The notes beneath the pieces were generated by a model. That model saw nothing but the letters and a program-made list of their open reading frames with translations, searched no databases and was not told the DNA's origin. A program made the position numbers and the translations under genes. Positions 21,736-30,482 of a stretch of DNA of 54,093 nt are shown here, one piece after another. The stretch lies in assembly GCA_947085465.1 (NCBI GenBank), contig CAMTWQ010000046.1, forward strand, positions 1-54,093, given 5' to 3'. The first letter of the stretch is position 1, and every line of letters begins with the position of its first letter. This DNA comes from an uncultured Alphaproteobacteria bacterium (GTDB lineage Bacteria; Pseudomonadota; Alphaproteobacteria; UBA11222).

Positions 21736-21865
21736 ATATGTTCCAATCTTGTAGTGTCAGGCGCGCATCATAGGCGTCACACCCCGCCCCGGCAAGCTGG
21801 CGATGATGCTGTTAAAGGGTCATTTTGCCCAGATAGCACCAGAGACATCAGTGGCGGATTGGCGT

Positions 21866-23512
21866 TTAGTGCGGCGGTTCCAGCAGGGCCTTGTTTTCAA
21901 ATATGCCGCTTTTCAATATTTTCATCATCGCCATAAGATTGTGCTGAATATTGTCTATGCGGATGACGTTGTTATAGACGGTGGTTCTTATGGCGCCTCG
22001 CACCATATCCTTCTTTGAAATATAAAACATATCAACATCGTCCGCATATTGAAGCTGCATGACGCTTCTGACGCCGCGCAAGATAGCCAGGCCATAGTTT
22101 TGCATTCTATGTTCGTCATGGCAAAGCCGGGCAAGCTCATAGGCGTCTATCAAACCTTCAAGATACACGCCAGTGGATGAGGCGTGCGGCGGGCCGAACG
22201 GGCGATCTGGGTCGTAAAACTGTCCCTGCACGTCGGGGCTCTTGGCGCTTTCCCACTGTTGAACAGGTAAAAGCCAGTCGTTCATTTCAAAAATAAAATC
22301 GCGATAGCTGTCATCCCCAAGCTTTCGCCACAGTAAATAATACGCCTGCGTGTGCCACGGGATAAAAGCTGGATTTGAATCATTTCGATACCAGTCGCGG
22401 TAATACAAAAAGCTTTTTTTAATTTTATCCAGCAAGCTGTGATTGCCTGTGCTCAGGTAATAACTAACCCAGAACAGCAAAGCCTCGCCTGGATAAAAAT
22501 TCTGGCAGTCATTACGCTCAGGCGGCGCGTAAAATGTGCGGAATGCGCCGTCGCTTTGCGATAAATGAAGTGTCGTGGCGAAAAGCCGCTCCGTAAATTG
22601 TTCTTCTGAACTTTCTATCGTGGCAAGGGCGGCAAGCGCGACAGCGCCAAGTTTCACTTTAAGGCCCTCTTCGATAAGCCCCAGCCCATTTTCCAGCCGG
22701 TAGAAATTTTTGAAATTATATTTCAGATTACGCTCGGCGAGAGCTTTGTAATTTTCCGAGTTATAAAATTGCGCCATCTTGAACAGGCAGACGGTGCCCA
22801 TGAACTGGCGTATCATATTATTGCCGCGCCCCTCAACTCCCCGGCTCGGCCAATAGCTGTAGCTCAGGCGCCCGTCTTCCTGGACATATTTGGACATGCA
22901 CTCCGCCATCGTGCGGGTTAGTTCAGCGCAGGCGGCAGCGTTTACCATCGCGAGCGGGCGTATCTCATTGCCCCGGAACATTTTAGTAATTTTTATAGTT
23001 TCGCCAACCGTAACCAAAAATTGCGCAACCTGATAAATTTGCAGTTTGGCGAGTTTGCGCGCCTTTGTTTCATCGAGTTCATTCTCTTCAAGAAATTTTT
23101 TCCATGCCTGCTCGAAACTTAAATTTCTGGCGATCATTTCAGTCGGGCTTAACATCATTGCCTTGCCGCTGCACTCGAATTCAACGGCTTTAAGCCCGCG
23201 GAAGCGATTGCCTGGCAGACCATTGAATGTTGTGCTGGAGCCACCATGCGCTAGGCATACCTCGACTGTGGCTTGGCTGGTCTTCACGGCTTCCGCGTAT
23301 ATTTTCTGCAGCGCCTGGCGCCATGCGCCTGCTTCGCACCACCGGCTTGAGATTTTCTTGCCATTTGAACGCAAGCACAAGAACACCATCTCTGGCCGCA
23401 CACCGGATTGCGCAATCGTCTCGTATATCTGGTTTGCTGTCATATAGCGGTTGTGACCTGATTGCGGGCTTGCATCGCGTGATAAGCTAAACCCTATTGG
23501 ATCGAGGATCAT
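21866..23512 (-). CDS. Hypothetical protein, probable alpha/alpha-toroid C-terminal domain
   Basis: 548-aa ORF, visibly more AT-rich; QEDGRLSYSY, QSDGAF, FYPGEALL and IRIDNIQH motifs; start may be 23443. Confidence 0.75.
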   Translation of the reverse strand: MILDPIGFSLSRDASPQSGHNRYMTANQIYETIAQSGVRPEMVFLCLRSNGKKISSRWCEAGAWRQALQKIYAEAVKTSQATVEVCLAHGGSSTTFNGLPGNRFRGLKAVEFECSGKAMMLSPTEMIARNLSFEQAWKKFLEENELDETKARKLAKLQIYQVAQFLVTVGETIKITKMFRGNEIRPLAMVNAAACAELTRTMAECMSKYVQEDGRLSYSYWPSRGVEGRGNNMIRQFMGTVCLFKMAQFYNSENYKALAERNLKYNFKNFYRLENGLGLIEEGLKVKLGAVALAALATIESSEEQFTERLFATTLHLSQSDGAFRTFYAPPERNDCQNFYPGEALLFWVSYYLSTGNHSLLDKIKKSFLYYRDWYRNDSNPAFIPWHTQAYYLLWRKLGDDSYRDFIFEMNDWLLPVQQWESAKSPDVQGQFYDPDRPFGPPHASSTGVYLEGLIDAYELARLCHDEHRMQNYGLAILRGVRSVMQLQYADDVDMFYISKKDMVRGAIRTTVYNNVIRIDNIQHNLMAMMKILKSGIFENKALLEPPH

Positions 23513-23573
23513 ATCAAGAACGGGGATGCCATGGCTACCCTGACGGGTAAAATCCTGCTAGTCTCTGGTTGCT

Positions 23574-23650
23574 GTCCCCGTAGCTCAGCAGGATAGAGCA
23601 CCAGATTCCTAATCTGGGGGCCGTGCGTTCGAATCGCGCCGGGGACGCCA
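23574..23650 (+). tRNA. tRNA-Arg(CCT)
   Basis: Acceptor stem GTCCCCG/CGGGGAC, D-arm AGCTCAGCAGGATAGAGC, anticodon arm CCAGA-TTCCTAA-TCTGG, GTTCGAATC T-loop, encoded CCA. Confidence 0.97.
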
Positions 23651-23706
23651 TGCATCAAGCCGGAGCTAACCGGGACAGATAGAATTCTTGCCCGCAGGAG
23701 GGGAAA

Positions 23707-24528
23707 ATGAGCCAGACAATGGGGCCATTGTTAGCGTTTGAGAAATCCGGGCATGTGGTCACCTTGACCCTGAACCGGCCAGAACTGCGCAATTCACTCG
23801 GCTTGCCGGGCGATCTGGAAATCTGGCAACAGATGGCGGATCGCATCAACAATGACAATGACGTGCGCGCGGTGATCCTTACCGGCGCGGGCAAGCATTT
23901 CTCCACCGGCGGCGATGTGCGCAATATGGGGGATCGTGGCGGCGGGCAGGGTACGCGCGGCGCTTCTCCCACTGATGCGCGCAAACGCTATCGCACCGGC
24001 GTGCACCGCATCGTGCGCGCGGTGCGCAGTATCGAAGTGCCGGTGATTGCGGCGGTCAATGGCGCGGCGGTCGGGCTTGGCTGCGACATTACCTGTCTGT
24101 GCGATATGCGGATTGCCTCTGAACGTGCACAGTTCGCAGTGACGTTTCTGAAGCTTGGCCTCAATCCCGGCGATGGCGGCGCGTGGCACCTGCAAAAGAT
24201 TATTGGCATGGCCAGGGCGAGCGAGATGTTCTACACCGCCGACCTGATCGATGCGCAAACCGCTCTGCAATGGGGCCTGGTGGGCAAGGTCGTGCCGCAT
24301 GAACAGTTGATGGACGAGGCGCGCGCCCTGGCGGCGCGGGTATGCCGTCAGCCGCCCGACGTGCTGCGCATGACCAAGGTGCTGCTGCGCGAGGCGCAAC
24401 ACGGCAATATCGAAACCATTCTTGAAATGTCGGCGGCGATGCAGGGCATTGCGCACCATACCGAGGATCATCTGGAGGCGATCAACGCGTTTTTTGAAAA
24501 ACGCCCGGGCGACTTTAAGGGGCGATAA
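23707..24528 (+). CDS. Crotonase/enoyl-CoA hydratase-isomerase family protein
   Basis: TLNRPE.RN, FSTGGDV, PVIAAVNGAAVGLG and AFFEKR motifs. Confidence 0.92.
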   Translation: MSQTMGPLLAFEKSGHVVTLTLNRPELRNSLGLPGDLEIWQQMADRINNDNDVRAVILTGAGKHFSTGGDVRNMGDRGGGQGTRGASPTDARKRYRTGVHRIVRAVRSIEVPVIAAVNGAAVGLGCDITCLCDMRIASERAQFAVTFLKLGLNPGDGGAWHLQKIIGMARASEMFYTADLIDAQTALQWGLVGKVVPHEQLMDEARALAARVCRQPPDVLRMTKVLLREAQHGNIETILEMSAAMQGIAHHTEDHLEAINAFFEKRPGDFKGR

Positions 24529-24607
24529 CGCATGGACTCTGACCCGCCAGTTGCGCCATAAATGCGGGGTCTGGAATTAACCATCAGGGAACAGCAGGGG
24601 AACGCAG

Positions 24608-25783
24608 ATGAGTATCAGGGGAAAGGCCTATATTGGCGGAATTTATGAGCATCCCACGCGGTTGGCGTTGGGTAAAACACTGCCGCAGTTACATGCGGAA
24701 CTGGCCAAGGGGGCGCTTGCCGATGCGGGCCTCAGCAAGGATGATATCGACGCCTATTATTGCGCCGGCGATGCGCCGGGCATGGGCGGCATTGATCTGG
24801 TCGAATATATGGGGCTCAATAATGTGCGCCAGATCGACAGCACCGAAACCGGCGGCTCAAGTTATGTGCTGCATGTCAATCACGCGGCGCAGGCGATTGC
24901 GGCGGGCCATTGCAAGGTGGCGCTGATTACGCTGGCTGGCCGCCCGGCGGCGGACGCGCAGGAAAACGCCCGGTTCCGTGGCGGTGGCGAGGCGCCGCCC
25001 GCTGCGGGCTTTGAGCAATCCTTCCGGCCAAGCATCGTCAACATGTACGCCATGTGCGCCCAGCGCCACATGTATGAGTTTGGCACCACCAGCGAGCAAT
25101 TGGCCTGGATCAAGGTCGCCGCCTCGCACCATGCGCAATACAATGAACACGCGTTGCGCCGCGAAGTGGTGACGGTGGCCGATGTGGTCAACTCGCCGAT
25201 GATCGCCTCGCCATTGCACCGCTACGATTGCTGCGTTATCACCGATGGCGGTGGTGCTGTGCTTGTTGTGGCGCCTGAAATCATGAAAAAACTGAAACGC
25301 CCGGCGGTGAAAATTCTGGGCGCAGGCGAATCCCCCAAGCATCTGATGGGCGGCAAAGTGGACCTCACCTATTCCGGCGCCCGTTGGTCAGGGCCAAAGG
25401 CGTTCGAGGAGGCTGGCGTCAAACCAGGCGACATCAAATACGCCTCGATCTATGACAGTTTCACCATCACCGTGCTGGAAACCATCGAAGATCTGGGTTT
25501 TTGCGACAAGGGCAAGGGCGGCAAATTCGTCTCCGATGGAAATCTGATTTCCGGCGTCGGCAAGCTGCCGTTCAACACCGATGGCGGCGGCCTGTGCAGC
25601 AATCATCCCGGCAACCGTGGCGGCATAACCAAGGTGCTGGAGGCTGTGCGTCAGGTTCGCGGCGAAGCGCATCCAAAGGTGCAGGTGCCTAACTGCGATA
25701 TTGCATTGGCGCATGGCACCGGCGGTTTGCTCGGTGCGCGCATGGGAAGTGGAACTGTTATTCTGGGGAATCAAGACTCATGA
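24608..25783 (+). CDS. SCP2/Ltp-type thiolase-domain protein
   Basis: DCC..TDGGGA, IYDSFT, EDLGFC.KG.GG and NTDGGGL motifs. Confidence 0.9.
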   Translation: MSIRGKAYIGGIYEHPTRLALGKTLPQLHAELAKGALADAGLSKDDIDAYYCAGDAPGMGGIDLVEYMGLNNVRQIDSTETGGSSYVLHVNHAAQAIAAGHCKVALITLAGRPAADAQENARFRGGGEAPPAAGFEQSFRPSIVNMYAMCAQRHMYEFGTTSEQLAWIKVAASHHAQYNEHALRREVVTVADVVNSPMIASPLHRYDCCVITDGGGAVLVVAPEIMKKLKRPAVKILGAGESPKHLMGGKVDLTYSGARWSGPKAFEEAGVKPGDIKYASIYDSFTITVLETIEDLGFCDKGKGGKFVSDGNLISGVGKLPFNTDGGGLCSNHPGNRGGITKVLEAVRQVRGEAHPKVQVPNCDIALAHGTGGLLGARMGSGTVILGNQDS

Positions 25784-26169
25784 GTGAAGCAAAATCAAAA
25801 GTCCGGGCGCCACGGGTCAATTTCGAAACCAAGGCGTTTTGGGACGCGACCGCAAAAGGTCAATTACATGTCGGCAAGTGTGATGGCTGCGGCGAGCATT
25901 ATTATTATCCGCGCCCATTGTGCCCGTTCTGCTTCAGCGATAAAACGCGCCTGGCGCTGTGTTCGGGCAAGGCGACGATCTATAGCTACAGCGTCAACGC
26001 AGGCAAGGTTCCCTACACCATCGCCTATGTGACCCTGGATGAGGGGCCAACCATCCTCACCAACATCGTCGAATGTGATTTTGACAAGCTCGCCATCGGG
26101 CAAAAGGTCAAGGTCGTGTTCTACGACACCGGCGAAGGCACTGCGGTGCCGATGTTCACGGCGGCTTAG
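25780..26169 (+). CDS. DUF35 Zn-ribbon/OB-fold protein (thiolase partner)
   Basis: C..C...YYPR..CP.C zinc ribbon and V.LDEGP.I.TNIV OB fold; ATGA overlap with the thiolase. Confidence 0.92.
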   Translation: MSEAKSKVRAPRVNFETKAFWDATAKGQLHVGKCDGCGEHYYYPRPLCPFCFSDKTRLALCSGKATIYSYSVNAGKVPYTIAYVTLDEGPTILTNIVECDFDKLAIGQKVKVVFYDTGEGTAVPMFTAA

Positions 26170-26375
26170 AGCATACCGCATTTAGGTTGAGGCACACCCT
26201 ACCCTCAACCTGTCACACCGGATTTATTCCGGGGTCCAGGAGTCATAAGCGAAGGCCTGAGTTTGTTACCATGGACCCGCAACGAGTGCGGGGTGACAGA
26301 GCTTGTCCTTGGGCCGGCCATGGGCCGGTCCCGGGGGTGGGTGGGGCGACTCAACCTAAATGCGGTATGCGCTAG
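26166..26375. repeat. Nested palindromic element with 24-bp terminal inverted repeats
   Basis: TAGAGCATACCGCATTTAGGTTGA ... TCAACCTAAATGCGGTATGCGCTA enclosing a TGTCAC..GGGTCCA/TGGACCC..GTGACA element and a GGGCCGG..CCGGTCC hairpin. Confidence 0.88.
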
Positions 26376-26431
26376 ATTTGCATGAAATCATTGGGGATTC
26401 TTTGCTTCGCGGCTCGCCATGACGATCAGAC

Positions 26432-27211
26432 TCACCCATGCCGCCCGATAAAATCCAACACAGCGGTGTTGAAGGCGTCTGAGGCGCCGATATTGCAGGC
26501 GTGGCCGGCGTCAACGCCCACCACCTCAAGGCCCGGAATGTTCGCCTCGCCATAGCGGCGGTGCGGAATAAAGCGGTCTTCCTGTTCGCCCGCCACCAAA
26601 AGCGTCGGCACTTTGGTGCCCGCCACAACATCGGCCACCGATGCTGCGGGCGACGAAATTGAAAACAGCTTCGCGATGCCCAACGGGTTAAGCAACTCGG
26701 CGTCCTTCATTAATTCCTCCTGCGCGCCGGGCGGCAGCCGCTTGGCGTGAATCGGATGAATGCGCATGCGCTCCAATCCCTTTTGGCCGCGGCTGATCAA
26801 TTTCTCGGCCAGCTTGTTCACGTCCGCATATATCACCTTGGTTACATCGGGGGTCGCCAGCGCCGAGGTTGAGTTTGTGAAAATCTGCCCATAAACCCGT
26901 TCGGGAAACAGCAATGCGTAACGCAGCGTAACCGTGGCGCCAAACGACTGTCCGCAGACGAACCATTTCTCCGCTCCCAATGTGCGGCGGATATCCTCTA
27001 TCTGGGCAACCATGGCCTCGGGCGTGTACAGCGCCGGGTCGTCCGGGCTGGGTGCGCGCCCATGCCCCCACAACTCCACCACCACGGGGCGGGTTTTCTT
27101 GGCCAGCGCCGTCAGGTTGCGCGACCATTGCGCGCGGCCAGATAGCATGCCATGCACCAGCAGCAGGTATGGCCCATTGCCCTCATGCACTTCATAATAA
27201 AACTTTTCCAT
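26432..27211 (-). CDS. Alpha/beta-fold hydrolase
   Basis: LVHG oxyanion segment, GQSFG nucleophile elbow, Asp (EDRF) and His (AGHAC). Confidence 0.9.
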   Translation of the reverse strand: MEKFYYEVHEGNGPYLLLVHGMLSGRAQWSRNLTALAKKTRPVVVELWGHGRAPSPDDPALYTPEAMVAQIEDIRRTLGAEKWFVCGQSFGATVTLRYALLFPERVYGQIFTNSTSALATPDVTKVIYADVNKLAEKLISRGQKGLERMRIHPIHAKRLPPGAQEELMKDAELLNPLGIAKLFSISSPAASVADVVAGTKVPTLLVAGEQEDRFIPHRRYGEANIPGLEVVGVDAGHACNIGASDAFNTAVLDFIGRHG

Positions 27212-27224
27212 ACATCCTCACGGT

Positions 27225-28025
27225 TTAGCGGGTTAATTCGAATGCAGGATCGCGCAGCCGCATTTTAATCGGCCCATCCGGGCGGCCATTCACCAGTTGA
27301 TCAAGATACGGATTATCCGCATGGGCGATGTCCCGGGTGGCGCCCGACCAGATAATGCGCCCCTCATGCAGCATCGCCACCGCCGGATAATCGCGTAGCA
27401 TCGCATCCATATCGCTGGTGACCGAAATAAATGTTGCGCCGGTTTCAAACGCCAGCCGCGCAATCAATTCATTGATGACGCGGGTCAGGATCGGATCAAG
27501 CCCGGCGGTGGGATCATCAAGCAGCAAAATATCCGGCTGCTCCATGATCGCGCGGGCCAGCGCCACGCGCTTTTGCATGCCGCCGGACAGGCTGGATGGC
27601 AACAGATCGGCGGTCTCCGGCCTCATGCCAACCTGGCGCAGTTTGATGATCGCCGCCTCGCGCGCGTCCTTGCGCCTTACATGGCCAATGTTGACGCGCT
27701 TGAACGCTATATTTTCCCACACCGTCAAACTATCGAACAGCGCCGAGCGCTGAAACAGCACGCCGAAACGGTCAAGCAGCCGTTCACGCTCGCCGCTGTT
27801 CAGGGATGAGATTTCCTGCCCATCCACTTCTATGACGCCGCCATCAATCGAATGCAGGCCAAGAATGCATTTCAGCAGCACGGTTTTGCCCGATGCGGCG
27901 CTGCCAATCAACGCCAGATGCTTGCCGGCCTCAACCTCAAGCGATAGCCCATCCAGCACGGTAATGCGGCCAAAATGTTTGGCGATATTCCGCAGATTGA
28001 TTTTGATGGGCGCGGCCTGGATCAT
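27225..28025 (-). CDS. MlaF-like ABC ATP-binding protein with degenerate catalytic motifs
   Basis: GSAASGKT, LFQ..ALFDSLTVWENI and LSGGMQKRV present, but Walker B is LLLDD and the switch is VTSD. Confidence 0.85.
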   Translation of the reverse strand: MIQAAPIKINLRNIAKHFGRITVLDGLSLEVEAGKHLALIGSAASGKTVLLKCILGLHSIDGGVIEVDGQEISSLNSGERERLLDRFGVLFQRSALFDSLTVWENIAFKRVNIGHVRRKDAREAAIIKLRQVGMRPETADLLPSSLSGGMQKRVALARAIMEQPDILLLDDPTAGLDPILTRVINELIARLAFETGATFISVTSDMDAMLRDYPAVAMLHEGRIIWSGATRDIAHADNPYLDQLVNGRPDGPIKMRLRDPAFELTR

Positions 28026-29215
28026 GCGGCGGCGAGTTTCGTGTTGATGGCGCCTGCCGCCTCAAGCGCGCTGATTTCGGCGCCGCTATAGCCATGCTCG
28101 CGCAGGATTTCTGCGGTATCCTGGCCGAGCAGCGGGGAACGCAACATCGCCTTGTTGGCGCCAAGCCGTTGCGCGCCGGGAATGTTGGCCAACGGAAAAC
28201 GCTCAACATCGGGATATTCGTGCCAGAACAAGGTCCCCATTTGCTTTGTCTGCTCATGGTTCATGAAATCGCTATAGCTGTTGATGCGTTCGTGCAGCAT
28301 CCGCAGTTTGGTCAGTTCCGCGCACACGCCATCGGTGGTGAATTTCGCTATCGCTTTCTGAATTGGCCCGTCCAGCAGGTCGCGATGCGCCAGGCGGCCC
28401 TTGACTGTTTCAAATCGCGGATCATTTGCCAATTCGTGAAGCCCAAGCATTTCCATCAGCGGCTTGTACTCGCGCTCGTACAGAACGCCGAACACCACAT
28501 GGCCATCCAGGGTTGGAAAGACGCCAAACGGGTGGATGATCGCTTGCGCAGGCCCCGGGTCGAGGATCTTCGCCGCCAGATTGATGTTCTGGAATGCGGC
28601 GGATGTTTCTAGCAGGCTATTCTCGATGTAGCGCCCCTCTTTTTCGGTTTGCCGCGCCCACAGGGCGGCTTGCACGGCTTGCACGTTATAAAGCGCGGCA
28701 GACATATCAAACAGGATCACGTTGGAGCGGTGCGGCAGGCCGTCCACCCCCTTATTGTCGGAAAAAAATCCCGAGAAGGCCTGCATAATGCCATCCGTGC
28801 CCGGACGTTCAGCGAATGGCCCGCGCTGGCCAAAACCGGAAACCGACAAATAGATGATGCGCGGATTAATGGCGCGCACCGCGTCATAGCCAAATCCCAG
28901 CCGCTTGGTGACGCCGGGGCGGAAGCTTTCGATAAAAACATCCGCGTCCTTAAGCATCCGGCGCAACACTTCCTGCCCGCCATCGGTTTTAAGCTCGATG
29001 CAGATGCTGCGCTTGCCGAGATTGGCGATGGCGCCATGCACCGTGAGGCCGCCGCTAAAGCGCTTGCCCAATCCGCTCACCCAATCGCCGCGTGACGGCT
29101 CCACCTTGATCACATTGGCGCCATGGCGCGCCAAAATCGCCGCTGCATAGGGGCCGGCAATGGCCATGCTGAGATCAACGACTTTTAGTCCCTTGTACGG
29201 CGCGTCATAGCTCAT
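28022..29215 (-). CDS. Family III CoA-transferase (CaiB/BaiF)
   Basis: IAGP, VIKVEP, NLGKRSI, ESFRPG and SGFGQ.GP motifs. Confidence 0.92.
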   Translation of the reverse strand: MSYDAPYKGLKVVDLSMAIAGPYAAAILARHGANVIKVEPSRGDWVSGLGKRFSGGLTVHGAIANLGKRSICIELKTDGGQEVLRRMLKDADVFIESFRPGVTKRLGFGYDAVRAINPRIIYLSVSGFGQRGPFAERPGTDGIMQAFSGFFSDNKGVDGLPHRSNVILFDMSAALYNVQAVQAALWARQTEKEGRYIENSLLETSAAFQNINLAAKILDPGPAQAIIHPFGVFPTLDGHVVFGVLYEREYKPLMEMLGLHELANDPRFETVKGRLAHRDLLDGPIQKAIAKFTTDGVCAELTKLRMLHERINSYSDFMNHEQTKQMGTLFWHEYPDVERFPLANIPGAQRLGANKAMLRSPLLGQDTAEILREHGYSGAEISALEAAGAINTKLAAA

Positions 29216-29251
29216 CGGGTTTCTCCTATCTACGAGCTGAACAGGATTGCG

Positions 29252-30445
29252 TCACGCGGCGGCAAGTTCCGTTATAATGGCGCCGGCTGTCTCCAGGCCG
29301 CTGATTTCAGCTGTGCTATAGCCATGCTCGCGAAGTATTTCCGCCGTATGCTCGCCAAGGCGCGGCGAATGCAGCAAGGCCGGATTAGCGCCCAGCCGCG
29401 GCCCGCCCGGATGATTGGCGAGCGGCACCAGCCCAAGGCCAGGAAAGTCATGCCAAAATAAGGCGCTCATGTGCTTGGTCTGCTCATGCTCCATGAAGTC
29501 TTTATAAGAATTGAGCCGCTCATGCAGCATGCGCAGCTCGACCAGTTTCGCGCACAGTTCCTCGGTAGTGAATTTCGCTACGGCCTCTGAGATCGGACCG
29601 TCAATCATTTTACGGTTATCGTAACGGCCTTTTGGGGTTTGCAGGCGCTCATCATGCGCCAGTTGCTTTAGGCCAAGCATTTCCATGAACGGGATATACT
29701 CGCGCCCAAACACCACGCCAACCACCACAAAACCATCCTTGGTGGCATAGGCGCCATAGGGATAGGCCACCGGGTGGCCGCCCCCGGCATCCAGGATTTT
29801 AGCAATGAAGTTGACGTTTTGAAACGCCGCGGCTGTTTCAAGCAGGCTGTTCTCGATATACCGGCCCTGCTTTTCGGATAGCCGCGACCACAACGCCGCC
29901 TGCATCGCCTGCACATTGTACAGCGACGCGGCAAGGTCGATCAGAATCAGATTGAGGCGGTGTGGAATGCCGTCCACGCCTTTATTTTCGGAGAAAAAAC
30001 CCGAAAACGCCTGCAACACGCCGTCCGTGCCCGGACGTTCGGAAAACGGGCCGCGCTGGCCAAAACCTGACATCGACAGATAGATAATGCGCGGATTGAT
30101 CGCCCGTACTTCTTCATAACTGAAGCCCAGCCGTTTGATGACGCCGGGCCGGAAACTTTCGATGAAAATATCCGCGTCTCCAAGCAGCTTGCGCAACACA
30201 TCGCGGCCGGCGTCGGTTTTCAGTTCCAGCGCGATGCTGCGCTTGCCAAGATTGAACAGCGCCGACATGACGGTGTGGCCGCCTTCATAGCGCTTGCCAA
30301 TGCCGCGCGTCAGATCGCCGCGCCCCGGCTCCACCTTGATGACGTTGGCGCCGTGCCGCGCCATGATTGCGGCTGAATAGGGGCCGGCCACCGCCTGGCT
30401 CAAATCGATAATTTTTATTCCCTTGTACGGCGCGTCATAGCTCAT
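29252..30445 (-). CDS. Family III CoA-transferase (CaiB/BaiF), tandem paralog
   Basis: Same motifs and the same MSYDAPYKG start as its neighbour; start moved to ATG 30445. Confidence 0.92.
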   Translation of the reverse strand: MSYDAPYKGIKIIDLSQAVAGPYSAAIMARHGANVIKVEPGRGDLTRGIGKRYEGGHTVMSALFNLGKRSIALELKTDAGRDVLRKLLGDADIFIESFRPGVIKRLGFSYEEVRAINPRIIYLSMSGFGQRGPFSERPGTDGVLQAFSGFFSENKGVDGIPHRLNLILIDLAASLYNVQAMQAALWSRLSEKQGRYIENSLLETAAAFQNVNFIAKILDAGGGHPVAYPYGAYATKDGFVVVGVVFGREYIPFMEMLGLKQLAHDERLQTPKGRYDNRKMIDGPISEAVAKFTTEELCAKLVELRMLHERLNSYKDFMEHEQTKHMSALFWHDFPGLGLVPLANHPGGPRLGANPALLHSPRLGEHTAEILREHGYSTAEISGLETAGAIITELAAA

Positions 30446-30482
30446 GGGTGTTTTCCCCTTATTGTTGTTAGTTGGATTGTTG

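Noticed and set aside
23630-23650. tRNA 3' end duplication (att site) marking an integrative element
   Set aside because: No second copy and no integrase seen in the window by eye
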